Under the pieces are notes generated by a model, which had not been told where the DNA came from, searched no databases, and was given only the letters and a program-made list of their open reading frames with translations. Shown one piece after another: positions 52,988-63,900 of a stretch of DNA of 64,000 bases; position 1 is the first letter of the stretch; every line of letters starts with the position of its first letter. The stretch lies in the NCBI GenBank assembly GCA_043813075.1, contig JBDRLL010000006.1:46533-110532 (forward strand), read 5' to 3'. Both the position numbers and the translations under genes were made by a program. This DNA comes from Candidatus Altiarchaeota archaeon. GTDB taxonomy: Archaea > Altiarchaeota > Altiarchaeia > IMC4 > SCGC-AAA252-I15.

Positions 52988-53628
52988 CTAGTTTTTAGGG
53001 AGACGAGGGTGTGGTCTTTCTCGAATGGCTGTAGGTCTATCTTCTCGATTATCTCGAATCTGCTGGAAAGCTTGGACAGTTCCTCGTTTATAACCTGCTT
53101 GGGTTTACGGATGGAGTTTATGCTCCTGGCTTTTATTGAGAACATTGCGTTCTTGAAGCCGAAGCAGCTCTGGTTGGCGAGGAGTATTCCAGCCTGGTCT
53201 GGTTGCGCGACATCCTGTATCAGAACGTCTACCGGCCCTATCCGGTGGCAGTATTCCCCCGGCTTTCTGGCGTCTGCTAGTATTGGTATCATATTCTTCT
53301 TCCTAGCGCAAACGTTAAGGAGGTCCCTCATCATTCTTCTGCTGAATTCGATGCAGTAGACTTTACCGGACGTTATGTCCGCGATATGGCTTGACGTCGT
53401 GCCTGTTGAGGCCCCAAGGTATAGGATGTTTGAATTGTTTTTGACAGGGAATTTGGTGAGTCCCTTTGCTATTGCCGCAGCGACCTTGCTCCTGTTCGGA
53501 TCCCATATCCTGTATTCCTTACCGCCTTCCCTGAAGGTTTTTTCCCCGTAGACCCTGTATCCTTTCGCAGAGTTTAGGGTGGCTATCTTGCCTTTGATCG
53601 AGTATACGCCAGGGAATATCTCTTTCAT
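52984..53628 (-). CDS. flpA: Fibrillarin-like rRNA/tRNA 2'-O-methyltransferase
   Basis: YRIWDPNRSK, LYLGASTGTT.SH, DVAQPDQ, PFEKDH; ATG 53628. Confidence 0.95.
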   Translation of the reverse strand: MKEIFPGVYSIKGKIATLNSAKGYRVYGEKTFREGGKEYRIWDPNRSKVAAAIAKGLTKFPVKNNSNILYLGASTGTTSSHIADITSGKVYCIEFSRRMMRDLLNVCARKKNMIPILADARKPGEYCHRIGPVDVLIQDVAQPDQAGILLANQSCFGFKNAMFSIKARSINSIRKPKQVINEELSKLSSRFEIIEKIDLQPFEKDHTLVSLKTR

Positions 53629-53668
53629 GGGTAGAGTATATATTGGGGTTGATAATAAATAGATTCTA

Positions 53669-54580
53669 ATGAAGGGCGTGACCATAGCCTTGGCTAGCTG
53701 CATGTTCCTGGGGATGCAGCCGGTATTCAGCAAGGTCTTGCTGGGTTACATGCCACCCATCGTACTAGCCGCCCTCACCTCTTTCTCGGCAGCACTCATT
53801 TTGGTGTCGATACTGGGTATAGAGCATAAGATAGATGAGATTAAGGCGCTCACCAAAAAACAGGTAATCATATTGGGCGTCATAGGCATAATGAGTGGTA
53901 TTATGGCGCAATTGTTCTACGTTACCGGATTGAACCAGTCGACTGCGACAAATGCGGTTCTGATAACACGGTTGAACTCTCTCCTGATAGCCTTGATGGG
54001 CGTCGTATTCCTGAAGGAGAAGCTAACATTCAATCACATCATAGGATCCGTATTCATGTTCACTGGCGTCGTCATAATAGCCACTAAAAACTTCACTGTG
54101 GACGTGCAGGCCACTAGAGGCGACTTCCTCCTCATACTGACGGCTGTGTGCTGGGCTTCTTCGAACATAATCATGAAAAAGTACTTGTGCGACATACCGC
54201 CAGAGGTGATAGTCATAGGGAGACACGCGCTTGCGGGAATAGTCTTAAGTGCCATAACCATAAATCAGATACCCGCCATCATAACGCTTGAGATGCTAGC
54301 ATTTCTGGCAGGTCTTGTGGTCTTGGTCATACTAGTAGGCCAGTACCTCTGGTATTACGCTTTGGAGCACACTAGCGCTGAGAACGTCGGGCTTACCTCC
54401 CTCACAATACCATTCTTCGGAGTGATCTACTCTGTGATACTGCTTGGAGAGCAGTTAATGCAATACCAGGTGACTGGCGGATTGCTCATCATAATCGGCC
54501 TTACCGCGGTTGAGATTCAATTATCCAAGCTCCATGACATTGAATGCAGGATTAGGAGCTGGCACCATCCACACCATTAG
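53669..54580 (+). CDS. EamA/DMT family transporter
   Basis: Ten TM segments in two EamA repeats; His-rich C-terminal tail (WHHPHH). Confidence 0.88.
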   Translation: MKGVTIALASCMFLGMQPVFSKVLLGYMPPIVLAALTSFSAALILVSILGIEHKIDEIKALTKKQVIILGVIGIMSGIMAQLFYVTGLNQSTATNAVLITRLNSLLIALMGVVFLKEKLTFNHIIGSVFMFTGVVIIATKNFTVDVQATRGDFLLILTAVCWASSNIIMKKYLCDIPPEVIVIGRHALAGIVLSAITINQIPAIITLEMLAFLAGLVVLVILVGQYLWYYALEHTSAENVGLTSLTIPFFGVIYSVILLGEQLMQYQVTGGLLIIIGLTAVEIQLSKLHDIECRIRSWHHPHH

Positions 54581-54588
54581 ATGCAAAC

Positions 54589-54963
54589 ATGTCAGCCAGG
54601 AAAAGCCAGAAAAGGATGAGGAATGAGCCACCCGCACGCAAACATGATACGCCATTAGAGTACATTCCGGAAGCTGTTAGAAGCGAGGAAGTTTACCCTG
54701 GCATAAAAAGAGGTTTCCTCCTGACTGGTGGGGGGACATTAGTCTACGGCCTGAGGATAAGGGCTACTCGAGAAGAGTATGAGGGCGTTAGGGAGGGTCT
54801 GGGGGATGTCGGCGTGGAATTCCATGATTCACGCCATGGAGGCTACATCCAAGTCTCCTGCTCTGGTTTTATCAGGGTGGATAGACCCGAATCGAAGATA
54901 ATCGAGACCGCTAATATGGCAGCATTAAAGATTCTAGGGAAACTCGAGTCTGACAGCAGGTGA
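54589..54963 (+). CDS. Hypothetical protein
   Basis: 124-aa ORF with a basic N-terminus filling an intergenic gap. Confidence 0.55.
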   Translation: MSARKSQKRMRNEPPARKHDTPLEYIPEAVRSEEVYPGIKRGFLLTGGGTLVYGLRIRATREEYEGVREGLGDVGVEFHDSRHGGYIQVSCSGFIRVDRPESKIIETANMAALKILGKLESDSR

Positions 54964-56619
54964 CTAGTTCAACAGGCCTTCAACACGGGATAGTGTGTCA
55001 GCCTCCTCAACACCCTTATCTTCCCGGATTCTGACGAGTCTCGGGAACCGTAGGGCATAGCCTGAAGTGTATGTGGGACTTTTCTGAATCTCCTCATAAG
55101 CCACCTCCACAACTATCGAGGGATTCAATACGACCTCCTTCCCAGACTGCCGCACTATAGTCGGCTTGAGAACCCCCGTCATCTCCTCCAGCTGTTGGTC
55201 GGATAGTCCTGTCGCCATCCGGCCGATCTCCATGAACTGCCCGGACTCGTTATCGTATACTGAAAGCAGGTATGACCCAAGCCAGCTGGCTCTGCGGCCT
55301 TCACCCCATGTTGCCCCAGTTATAACAAGGTCGAGTGACTCCATCACCGGCTTTATCTTGTACATGTAGCCAACCCTGGATCCGGGCTTGTAGGGCGCGT
55401 CAAGGTTCTTAACCATGACCCCCTCATGCCCCATGTCCAAGGATTTTTTGTAGAATTCCTCGGCACGCTTTATGTCGTCAGTAACAAGGCTCTCAGACAG
55501 GATGTATGCGTTGGTCTCGGATATTATCTCGGCCAGCATCCGCCTTCGCTCACTGAACTTCTCAGCCAACTTGTCTTCACCGTCCAGGTAGAGTAGGTCG
55601 AAAAGGTTGAGTTCCACGGGAATCTCTTTGACTATCTCAGGGATATTGTATTTCCTTTTTATCCTCCTGCTCAGGTACTGGAAGGGGAGTGGCTTACGGC
55701 CTTCATCAACTTTTATCGCAACCACCTCACCCTCTATGATGCATGAACCAGCGTTTATGTTCTTCCGGGAGGCCTCAACCATCTCCGGGAACTGTCTTGT
55801 GACATTCTCCAGCCGGCGGGTGTATAGTTCAACAGTATCGTCGTACTTGTGTATCTGCAGTCTTGCGCCGTCGTATTTGACTTCAAACGCGCATACACCC
55901 ATGTCTTTTATTGCGGATTCTATGGAATCTGTCTTCTGCGCGAGCATCACTCTCACAGGCTGTCCTGGCGTTAGGCTCACATTCTCCAGCCCATTATTTC
56001 CATCGTCTCTCGCTATCTTGGCTACTTCACCCAGGTCAGAGCGCAGGTTATATGCTCGTTCAACGAGCTCTGGTTTCACGTCGAATGCCTTTGCTATCGC
56101 ATCACGGACTATGCCATCACCCACACCCAAACGAAGTTGGCCTAGAATCAGGCGCACAACATACCTGCTCTCACGTGGAGTAGCGTTCGTAAGAAGCTCT
56201 GTTATATAGGCAAGTTTCTTGTCCTGCGAGCCCTTGCCTGTAAGCGAGGCCAGTTTCCTCAGGTTCTCGGAGATTTTTTCAACAGTCAGCGTCTCATTGA
56301 ATAGCGTTGTCTGCTGTTTTGATACGAGTATCTCCTCTGCAACCAACCCCACATCCCCCTTTTCACGTAGTATGTCTCCAATCTTGTCTTCATTAACTCC
56401 CGATACTGTGGACAATGCCTTGAACATTAGTTTGTCTGCTATGCCAAGTTCGATAGTGCTCCATGCGGGAAAGACCTGGCCCCTTATGAATAACAGTATT
56501 GTGGTCAACTCCTCTTCACGTACCTGTGAAATGAAGTCAGAAATCAAGTCAGTCATCTCCAGTCTGCTGGAGATTACCTCAAGCTTGTCGTATAATTCAG
56601 TCAACCGGGAGTATTCCAT
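54964..56619 (-). CDS. lig: ATP-dependent DNA ligase
   Basis: EVKYDGAR (KxDG), EGVMVK, LRFPR. Confidence 0.97.
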   Translation of the reverse strand: MEYSRLTELYDKLEVISSRLEMTDLISDFISQVREEELTTILLFIRGQVFPAWSTIELGIADKLMFKALSTVSGVNEDKIGDILREKGDVGLVAEEILVSKQQTTLFNETLTVEKISENLRKLASLTGKGSQDKKLAYITELLTNATPRESRYVVRLILGQLRLGVGDGIVRDAIAKAFDVKPELVERAYNLRSDLGEVAKIARDDGNNGLENVSLTPGQPVRVMLAQKTDSIESAIKDMGVCAFEVKYDGARLQIHKYDDTVELYTRRLENVTRQFPEMVEASRKNINAGSCIIEGEVVAIKVDEGRKPLPFQYLSRRIKRKYNIPEIVKEIPVELNLFDLLYLDGEDKLAEKFSERRRMLAEIISETNAYILSESLVTDDIKRAEEFYKKSLDMGHEGVMVKNLDAPYKPGSRVGYMYKIKPVMESLDLVITGATWGEGRRASWLGSYLLSVYDNESGQFMEIGRMATGLSDQQLEEMTGVLKPTIVRQSGKEVVLNPSIVVEVAYEEIQKSPTYTSGYALRFPRLVRIREDKGVEEADTLSRVEGLLN

Positions 56620-56654
56620 GATTATTTATTCATTCGACAGGTATAATACTTTCC

Positions 56655-57101
56655 ATGAGGGTGGTCATAGAAACCCCAAGGGGTAGTTTCACTAAATACC
56701 GTCTTGCAGGCGAAGTATTCGCTAGGGATATGCGCACCCCATTCCCAACCCTATTCAACTACGGGTCTGTTGAAGGCGAGTATGCGGGAGATGGGATGCG
56801 TAGAGACGCCATAGTCCTCGGGCCGAGACTAGATCAGGGTTCGATAGTGGAATGTTCAAATGTGGGGAGAGTTTTGTTTTCGGATGCTGGTGTTGAGGAC
56901 GACAAGATCGTGGGTAGCACTCGTGGGGAGATAAGATTAGGAGATAAGATTAGGATTCATGTATTCTTCACTACATACATGGTTTTCAAGACATTGAGGT
57001 ACTTCATTGTGGAACGGAGAGTATCATTTAGTTTTTATCGTGGCTTGGAGACGGGGTTGGTTCAAGAGCATTCAGTAACACATACTCCGCCGTCCACATA
57101 G
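56655..57101 (+). CDS. Short, divergent family I inorganic pyrophosphatase-like protein
   Basis: VVIETPRGS..KY, FNYG, GDG...D, DDKIV. Confidence 0.7.
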   Translation: MRVVIETPRGSFTKYRLAGEVFARDMRTPFPTLFNYGSVEGEYAGDGMRRDAIVLGPRLDQGSIVECSNVGRVLFSDAGVEDDKIVGSTRGEIRLGDKIRIHVFFTTYMVFKTLRYFIVERRVSFSFYRGLETGLVQEHSVTHTPPST

Positions 57102-60100
57102 TCGTCTGGAGAGCTACAACAGGCTGACGTGACTCCATCACAGCTACGTCCGCCGCTGATAAAGTACTCTCCAGCATCATCACCACAACATTCCATTAGG
57201 GTTCCGTCAGAGCCTACCTCATCTTCGTATTCGCCGGGATAATCCTCGCCAGCCAGTGACTCTCCCTCATAAGCCCACTCGTAGTTGCAGTAATCCCTGC
57301 CGCAGTATTCCTCACTGATGTCACAGTCATACCATAATCCGTCGCTTAAAGCGAATTCCCCAACTATACCATCACCGTCCACGTCAGCATAACCCATCAA
57401 CGGGTCGTTTGAACTGCGACGCCTAGCGCCAGTATAATCAGTGCCAACATAGCATCTGCCATTGAAGACAGCATCCCTAACACCTGAAGCTGGGGGGAGG
57501 CAGCAAGCATCATCCGAACTGTCAATGACACATTCAAACCCTGGCTTGTCGCATGGGTCAGCCTCCTTAGCAGGATATGATGTCGGGGTAGCCGGGTTGA
57601 AGTACCAGTAATCCTCGTTTAAGTCATCTCCACAGCACTCTTCAGCTGCAAGAGCATACTCCCCAGGAAGGCTTGCTGAAGAACGCTCACCCTCCTTAGC
57701 CCAGTAATACCCGCAGAATTCGGAACCACAGTACCACCAGTTGCTGTCACAGTCGACCCAAGAGCCGATGCCATCAACAACACCACAGAATTCACCCCAC
57801 ACACCATCACCATTAACGTCAGCCCATCCTCCCATAGGAGAGTTAACGTCTCCTGAACGGGGGTTAACATTCAAGTCAGCGTTAACGTATATCTCACCGT
57901 CGAACACGCATTTTGTGACATCGCCGACACACGCCGTAGTATCGTCATCACACGAACCAGAGTCACAGGGGTTATAATTCACTGGCGATGTTGCATGCCT
58001 GAAGCCTATCATTATCTCAGAGCCATCCTCATCACCACAGCAGTCAGGTTGTTGGCCGGCAGAACCCTCCCACACGATTTCGCTGGTGTCACATACGTCA
58101 TTGTAATCCAGGTGTGCTGAAACACATGTATCACAGTCAGAGTCAACGTCAAAAGACGGGTCAACACAGTAGCAGTGAGTTTTGCCTGAAGTGATGATAG
58201 AACCGCATGAGACTGGAGATGCCCCTAGGTTATCCTCACTAGTACTGCATTCATACTCGAGGTAACACCCGCCAAGCAAGGCCAACACATCCTCACCTTC
58301 TGCTTCAGGGACTGCGCAGGAGAAGCCATCGAGTACCTCAAATGCGTTCACACACTCCAAGCCTATGTCTGAGCATATCTGGGAGCAGGACTTGGAGTCA
58401 GAGTCTCCGCCGATGGAACACAATGATGGTGAAGTGTCCAGACAGTATGAATACCCCTGGCCCTTAGCAGTCCAACATACTGGATTCTCGACGGTAGTGC
58501 AGACGCCAGAGATACAAACTTCGGACGGACCGCACATTCCGGTCTCGCCTTCAACACAATCCTCCCACATGTTCCCGAACCCGCACATATCAAGGTCCCC
58601 ATCACCGTTAGTGTCATGCATAGAGTCTATGGGATAGCAGACGTCGTCCGCACAATCGCTGGGCATCGCACAACAGGCATTGCCGTCAGGGACACCCTGC
58701 ATGAAGGGGGTGAACTTCTCTTCGATATAGTACTCACTGTCGCCGTTACCGCAGCAGTCAGTCTTCTGAAGAGTCAAATCGTCAAAAGGGAATATGTCCA
58801 TACCACAACCAAACTGAAATCCACTAAAATGGAATCCGGACTGCTCGCATAGTATACAATTATAATCCAAGTCATCTGAGAGAAGCTGTTCCGGACACCA
58901 GACCTTGAAAGTCCAATTCTCATATGCGACAGCAGACAATCCAGATTGCGTGGTACACTCCACGTTCCACATCAATGTGGCAGGACACGTAACATTATAC
59001 AAGACTATCTTGTTCAAATGGTCAGGCACGACAGACTCCTTCACACAATAATCCACAAATTCTACAGGCCTAGGCACCTCATCACAATTGTACAGGTTGA
59101 CGGGATTCCAAACGCTCAATCCATCAAGATACCACATCTGAGGCTCACAATCATCAATAGTGGAATAAGTCGTGAAATTATATATGAGATCGTAAGAATC
59201 CAGCGTACCGAAGATACAGTTTATAGACACGTTATCACTGCTCTCCTCAGGGAAACCACCACCACAATACTCTGAAGTCGGGCTATTAACAGCCATACAC
59301 GTTATATTGAAGTCATGAGGCCCGGTAACACCCAACGGGCACCTCGTTTTAAACAAGCCCTTAACCTCATCACAGTCTGAAGTGTCATCTATAACACAAT
59401 AATCGCTCTGCGGGGAGGCCACCGACATTCCCGCGGGATCGCCGTCAATCCATAGAAGCCGGACGTCAAACGGGTATTCAGTTTCAGCCCCACTGCCACG
59501 ATAAGTGTAGTTGATCTCGAAATCCCTCCAAGCACTAACTGTAACAGGATACTCGATGATATCAACCCGCCCGCAATACTCACACCCAAGGGTGGTTAGG
59601 GTAGAAGAGCTTGTTGAAGTCGAACTTGATGGAACACAACACAACTCACCCTCCTCACATTCATCCCAGCCCATATTCTCGCTGCCACCGCATTTTTCAG
59701 GGCACTCCGGCGCAATAGGAGTGCACTCACAATAGTAGTCGTCGATGTCAGTGTAGTAGATACAATGCTCCACATACTCGTTCTTATCACCACACTCCGA
59801 TTCGCAAACACCAAGACAATTCCAACAGTCAGCGTCTATACGGCCTTCACAACACTCCTGCACCCAGCATTCCCCGTTATCCCTCTCAACCTCACCGCAC
59901 ACTATTTCAGCGTCAGTGCATTCACCACCCCACCAGACACAGTCTGAAGAGAGACCGCAACAACATACTTGCTCTGAACCACACCCTTCCGGAGACGGGT
60001 ATCCAGACCACAAATAGCCGTTAGCGGTGCACACACGCTCCGAACAGAAACAGTCATCCTGAGCGCATGTTCCACGACGAGCACTATAAGTATGAATGTC

Positions 60101-60949
60101 ACACGTATACTCGTTCACACCACGATCCCTGCAACCGTCAGAAGTACATATCTCATCATCCGGAGGGCATGATAACGGATTAGTGTGAGTACAACTGTTG
60201 CTACGGTTATTACTAGAATGATGGCATATCTCCTCACCATTACACGCCCTCCCATCATCACTACACTCATCATCCACCATACACCGCGTAACACAACAAG
60301 CGCCCTTACACCTAGAACTATCCGGGCAGAAACCACCACTACACAAGCCATTAGAACAATAATCACCAAAACAATTAGACGTAACATAACTACTAGATGA
60401 AAACCCAGCCTGCAGACAACAGGATACGCTATTATCACACTGAGCCTCAGTATGGAATTCATTAGGAGGACACCTATTCCTATCCCACTCAGGCGGATCC
60501 TTAGGAACCCTAGGAACAGTAACATAAGTAGGGTCAGAGGGATTCTCAGACTCCCACCATTGCCTAGCATTAACACACTGAGACGGGACAACCTCCCCAA
60601 ACTTCAACCTACACAACTCCGCGCAAGGAAGAGTAGTAGACGTCGTCGTAGTCCCCGTAGGCCCAGGAGGCTTGTAACAACAACAAACATAGTCACTACC
60701 ATGCGTCTGATGGCAACTATGATCACCCCACGCGATATTCACGTCACGACTCCACCCACCAGGACAACTATTCAAAAAGCAATCAGCCTGATCGAAACCC
60801 TTACAAGCATTATCAGTGTCGCATATACACAAACCAGGTTCAGCAGAATCCACAGAGGATAAACTATTAATAAGTAGAGTACTAGATAAAGCCAAAGCTA
60901 TCAATAATCCCAGGCCACCAAACCCCTTACTAGACCTGAACATAATCAT
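57062..60949 (-). CDS. Large secreted Cys-rich protein (1295 aa)
   Basis: N-terminal signal segment (KGFGG then hydrophobic stretch), very high Cys content, CCG[DN] repeats, DxxGDG motifs. Confidence 0.85.
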   Translation of the reverse strand: MIMFRSSKGFGGLGLLIALALSSTLLINSLSSVDSAEPGLCICDTDNACKGFDQADCFLNSCPGGWSRDVNIAWGDHSCHQTHGSDYVCCCYKPPGPTGTTTTSTTLPCAELCRLKFGEVVPSQCVNARQWWESENPSDPTYVTVPRVPKDPPEWDRNRCPPNEFHTEAQCDNSVSCCLQAGFSSSSYVTSNCFGDYCSNGLCSGGFCPDSSRCKGACCVTRCMVDDECSDDGRACNGEEICHHSSNNRSNSCTHTNPLSCPPDDEICTSDGCRDRGVNEYTCDIHTYSARRGTCAQDDCFCSERVCTANGYLWSGYPSPEGCGSEQVCCCGLSSDCVWWGGECTDAEIVCGEVERDNGECWVQECCEGRIDADCWNCLGVCESECGDKNEYVEHCIYYTDIDDYYCECTPIAPECPEKCGGSENMGWDECEEGELCCVPSSSTSTSSSTLTTLGCEYCGRVDIIEYPVTVSAWRDFEINYTYRGSGAETEYPFDVRLLWIDGDPAGMSVASPQSDYCVIDDTSDCDEVKGLFKTRCPLGVTGPHDFNITCMAVNSPTSEYCGGGFPEESSDNVSINCIFGTLDSYDLIYNFTTYSTIDDCEPQMWYLDGLSVWNPVNLYNCDEVPRPVEFVDYCVKESVVPDHLNKIVLYNVTCPATLMWNVECTTQSGLSAVAYENWTFKVWCPEQLLSDDLDYNCILCEQSGFHFSGFQFGCGMDIFPFDDLTLQKTDCCGNGDSEYYIEEKFTPFMQGVPDGNACCAMPSDCADDVCYPIDSMHDTNGDGDLDMCGFGNMWEDCVEGETGMCGPSEVCISGVCTTVENPVCWTAKGQGYSYCLDTSPSLCSIGGDSDSKSCSQICSDIGLECVNAFEVLDGFSCAVPEAEGEDVLALLGGCYLEYECSTSEDNLGASPVSCGSIITSGKTHCYCVDPSFDVDSDCDTCVSAHLDYNDVCDTSEIVWEGSAGQQPDCCGDEDGSEIMIGFRHATSPVNYNPCDSGSCDDDTTACVGDVTKCVFDGEIYVNADLNVNPRSGDVNSPMGGWADVNGDGVWGEFCGVVDGIGSWVDCDSNWWYCGSEFCGYYWAKEGERSSASLPGEYALAAEECCGDDLNEDYWYFNPATPTSYPAKEADPCDKPGFECVIDSSDDACCLPPASGVRDAVFNGRCYVGTDYTGARRRSSNDPLMGYADVDGDGIVGEFALSDGLWYDCDISEEYCGRDYCNYEWAYEGESLAGEDYPGEYEDEVGSDGTLMECCGDDAGEYFISGGRSCDGVTSACCSSPDDYVDGGVCVTECS

Positions 60950-63900
60950 AAACCCTCCTCAACAAGAGTTGACGAACTCGAAGTTGAAGTAGCTGTACTT
61001 GAGGTTGTAGTACTATAAGGCCATTCATTTAAATTAACCAGACAGTTACCACAACAACAGTTAGTGATAATCTCCTCATTCGTACACGTCATCGTCTCCG
61101 GATCCCACCCAGCAGTAAAGCCTGGCAACTCAACCTCCCATGGATTACACTCCCTACAATACGCGTTAATCTCCACATGCACCACCATCGGACCAGTCGG
61201 TCCTTGAAGTATTATCGTCACGTCTGGATACAACTGCCTACAGTATTCTGGCGTGCAGGATATTGTTGTCGTACTGTACGAGGTAGTTGAAACGCTACTG
61301 GACGAGGTCGTGGAGTGCGAGGTTGTGCTGTGGGACGTCGTGCTCACAGTGCTTGTGCTTGTCACAGACGAACTGGTTGTGGTGGGTATTATCGCCATAC
61401 AACACAAGTTACCTTCGTCACCAGGCTCATTACACAAGTCCCAACCGAGGTTCTCAGCTCCCGGATCACACTTCTCGTCACACACTGACTCATAGTTAGT
61501 GTCACTACACACACATACTGGCACTACAGGACCTTCCTCGCAAGTTTCCACATACATGTCCCTTGGCGTTGCCTGGGCTTGACCTAAGTCGTGGCAGTAG
61601 TCTCTACAGTAGTCTAGACAGTTGTCGCAGTCGGGGTCTATCTCGCCTTCACAGCAGTCTCTGACCCAGCATTCGCCGTTGTTGTATTCCACTAGACCGC
61701 ATGCTACGTCTGCATAGGTACAGTCGCCGCCCTGCATCTCACAGTTGAATAGAGTAGAGGATGAGCTGGATGATGAGGATGTTGAGGAGGATGTTGTTGA
61801 ATGACTTGTCGAGCTCACTAAGCTGCTGGAAGTCGTGCTGTGAGACGTGGTCGAGTGGCTTGTTGAAGTCACCATGCTGCTGGACGTCGTGCTGTGAGAC
61901 GTGGTCGGGACTATGCTACTGGATGTTGTTGAGTGGCTTGTCGAGCTCACTAAGCTACTGGAAGTCGTGCTGTGAGATGTGGTCGACAATAACGTTGATG
62001 AAGTGGATGTTGAAGTTGGCATTAGACCACAGCAACATATCTCCGTTTCTGCAGTACAATCATCTTCACCTATATTGAAACCATCTCCGAGAGTGAAGTA
62101 TGAGTCGCACACTACTGAATCGCAGTAACTTTCTTCGAGTGTCCTTGTTTCATCACATTCGCAGCGGTTGGCATCACACCAATCTACAGGGTGACCTCTT
62201 ATCTCACAAAGATCCACACACCCCATCCCGCCCAGCACTGGCATGTAGTCGAGACACTCGCACTCTATTTCAGTTATACCCTCACAACAGTTCCGGTAGG
62301 ATACATCACAGTATCTTGAATCAGCTAGATCATTGGAGTAGCAACTACTGTGTTTACCATCATCCACCACAGTACATTCTCCTTCATTAAATACGTGACC
62401 CCTGTACCCGCTATAGGTTGAACACCAGTCCTGACATGACAGGGTAGATGATGTTGAAGAGGTTGTGGTTGTATGACTTGTCGAAGACACCAAACTACTC
62501 GAAGTACTATGGCTTGTAGTGGATACAATACTACTCGACGTAGTCGAATGCGACGTCGAACTAACTAAGCTAGACGAAGTCGTACTATGAGACGTACTAC
62601 TCACCAAACTACTCGAAGTAGTCGAATGAGACGTCGAAGACACCAAACTACTCGAAGTCGTCGAATGAGACGTAGACGAAACACTACTTGTAGATGTTGA
62701 GGATGCGGGACACCAACAAGTCTCTAAATCGCGTAGAGTAAAGTTGACAGGATTGCTTCCAGTTGGGTCATTACCCATATACATGAATTCATTTATGATA
62801 CCTATCCCAAGTGGATCTGTAGTCCAATCTACTAGTTGTTGATCAACATATAACTCTTGTGTACCATCACAACCCCATGATACAATTACTTCATGCCATC
62901 CATCCTTCTTCCAACTAGAAGGCACATTACTAGAGGCAAGAGAATCTATACCAGAATCTGCTTTATAGTATTCAATCTCATTATTAGAAGCGTTGAACTT
63001 AACCTCAAGAAGATTATTACTATCTTCATGTTCATAGAACATATAACCAGATTCCTCTGGGTGAGCCATATCAGAAACATCCTTCATTGGCTTAACCCAG
63101 AAACATACAGCACCGCCAGAACTTGATAATTTCTGATCTGCATCGCTCCACCGTATTCTACCATCATTATTGGGGTAGTATCCATCAAAGGAGATAGTAC
63201 CATCACCAAGTAAAACTCCACCACCAGGGGTAGATGTAGCACCAGTTGTAGAACTTAAAGAATCCTCGAATAACGTCAAGATACCCAACCACTCACAACA
63301 ACTGATACTTGAAGAAGATGTAGAGGTGCTCGTAGACGTCGAAGTAGATGTGGTTGAAGACGTAGTAGACGTCGAAGTAGTCGAAGACGTAGACGAAGTA
63401 GACGTAGTCGTAGACGTAGTAGACGTCGAAGAAGTACTCGTAGAGGTCGAAGTCGAAGTAGACGTCGAAGTAGATGTAGACGAAGTAGTCGAAGACGTAG
63501 TAGACGTCGAAGTAGTCGAAGAAGTACTCGTAGACGAAGTAGTCGAAGACGTAGTAGACGTCGAAGTAGTCGAAGAAGTACTCGTAGACGAAGTAGTCGA
63601 AGACGTAGTAGACGTCGAAGAAGTACTCGTAGACGTAGACGTACTCGTAGACGTAGACGTCGAAGTAGTCGAAGACGTAGACGAAGTAGACGTAGTCGTA
63701 GACGTAGTAGACGTCGAAGTAGTCGAAGACGTAGTAGAAGTTGTTGAAGAGGAACTAGAAGAAGTTGTAGTTGTCGATGTAGAAGTAGTTGATGTTGTTG
63801 TGGATGATGAGGAGGATGTCGTTGAAGAAGAACTGGTTGTAGATGATGAGGAGGATGAAGAGGATGTACTTGTAGTAGTGATAACAGTAGTAGTTGATGT

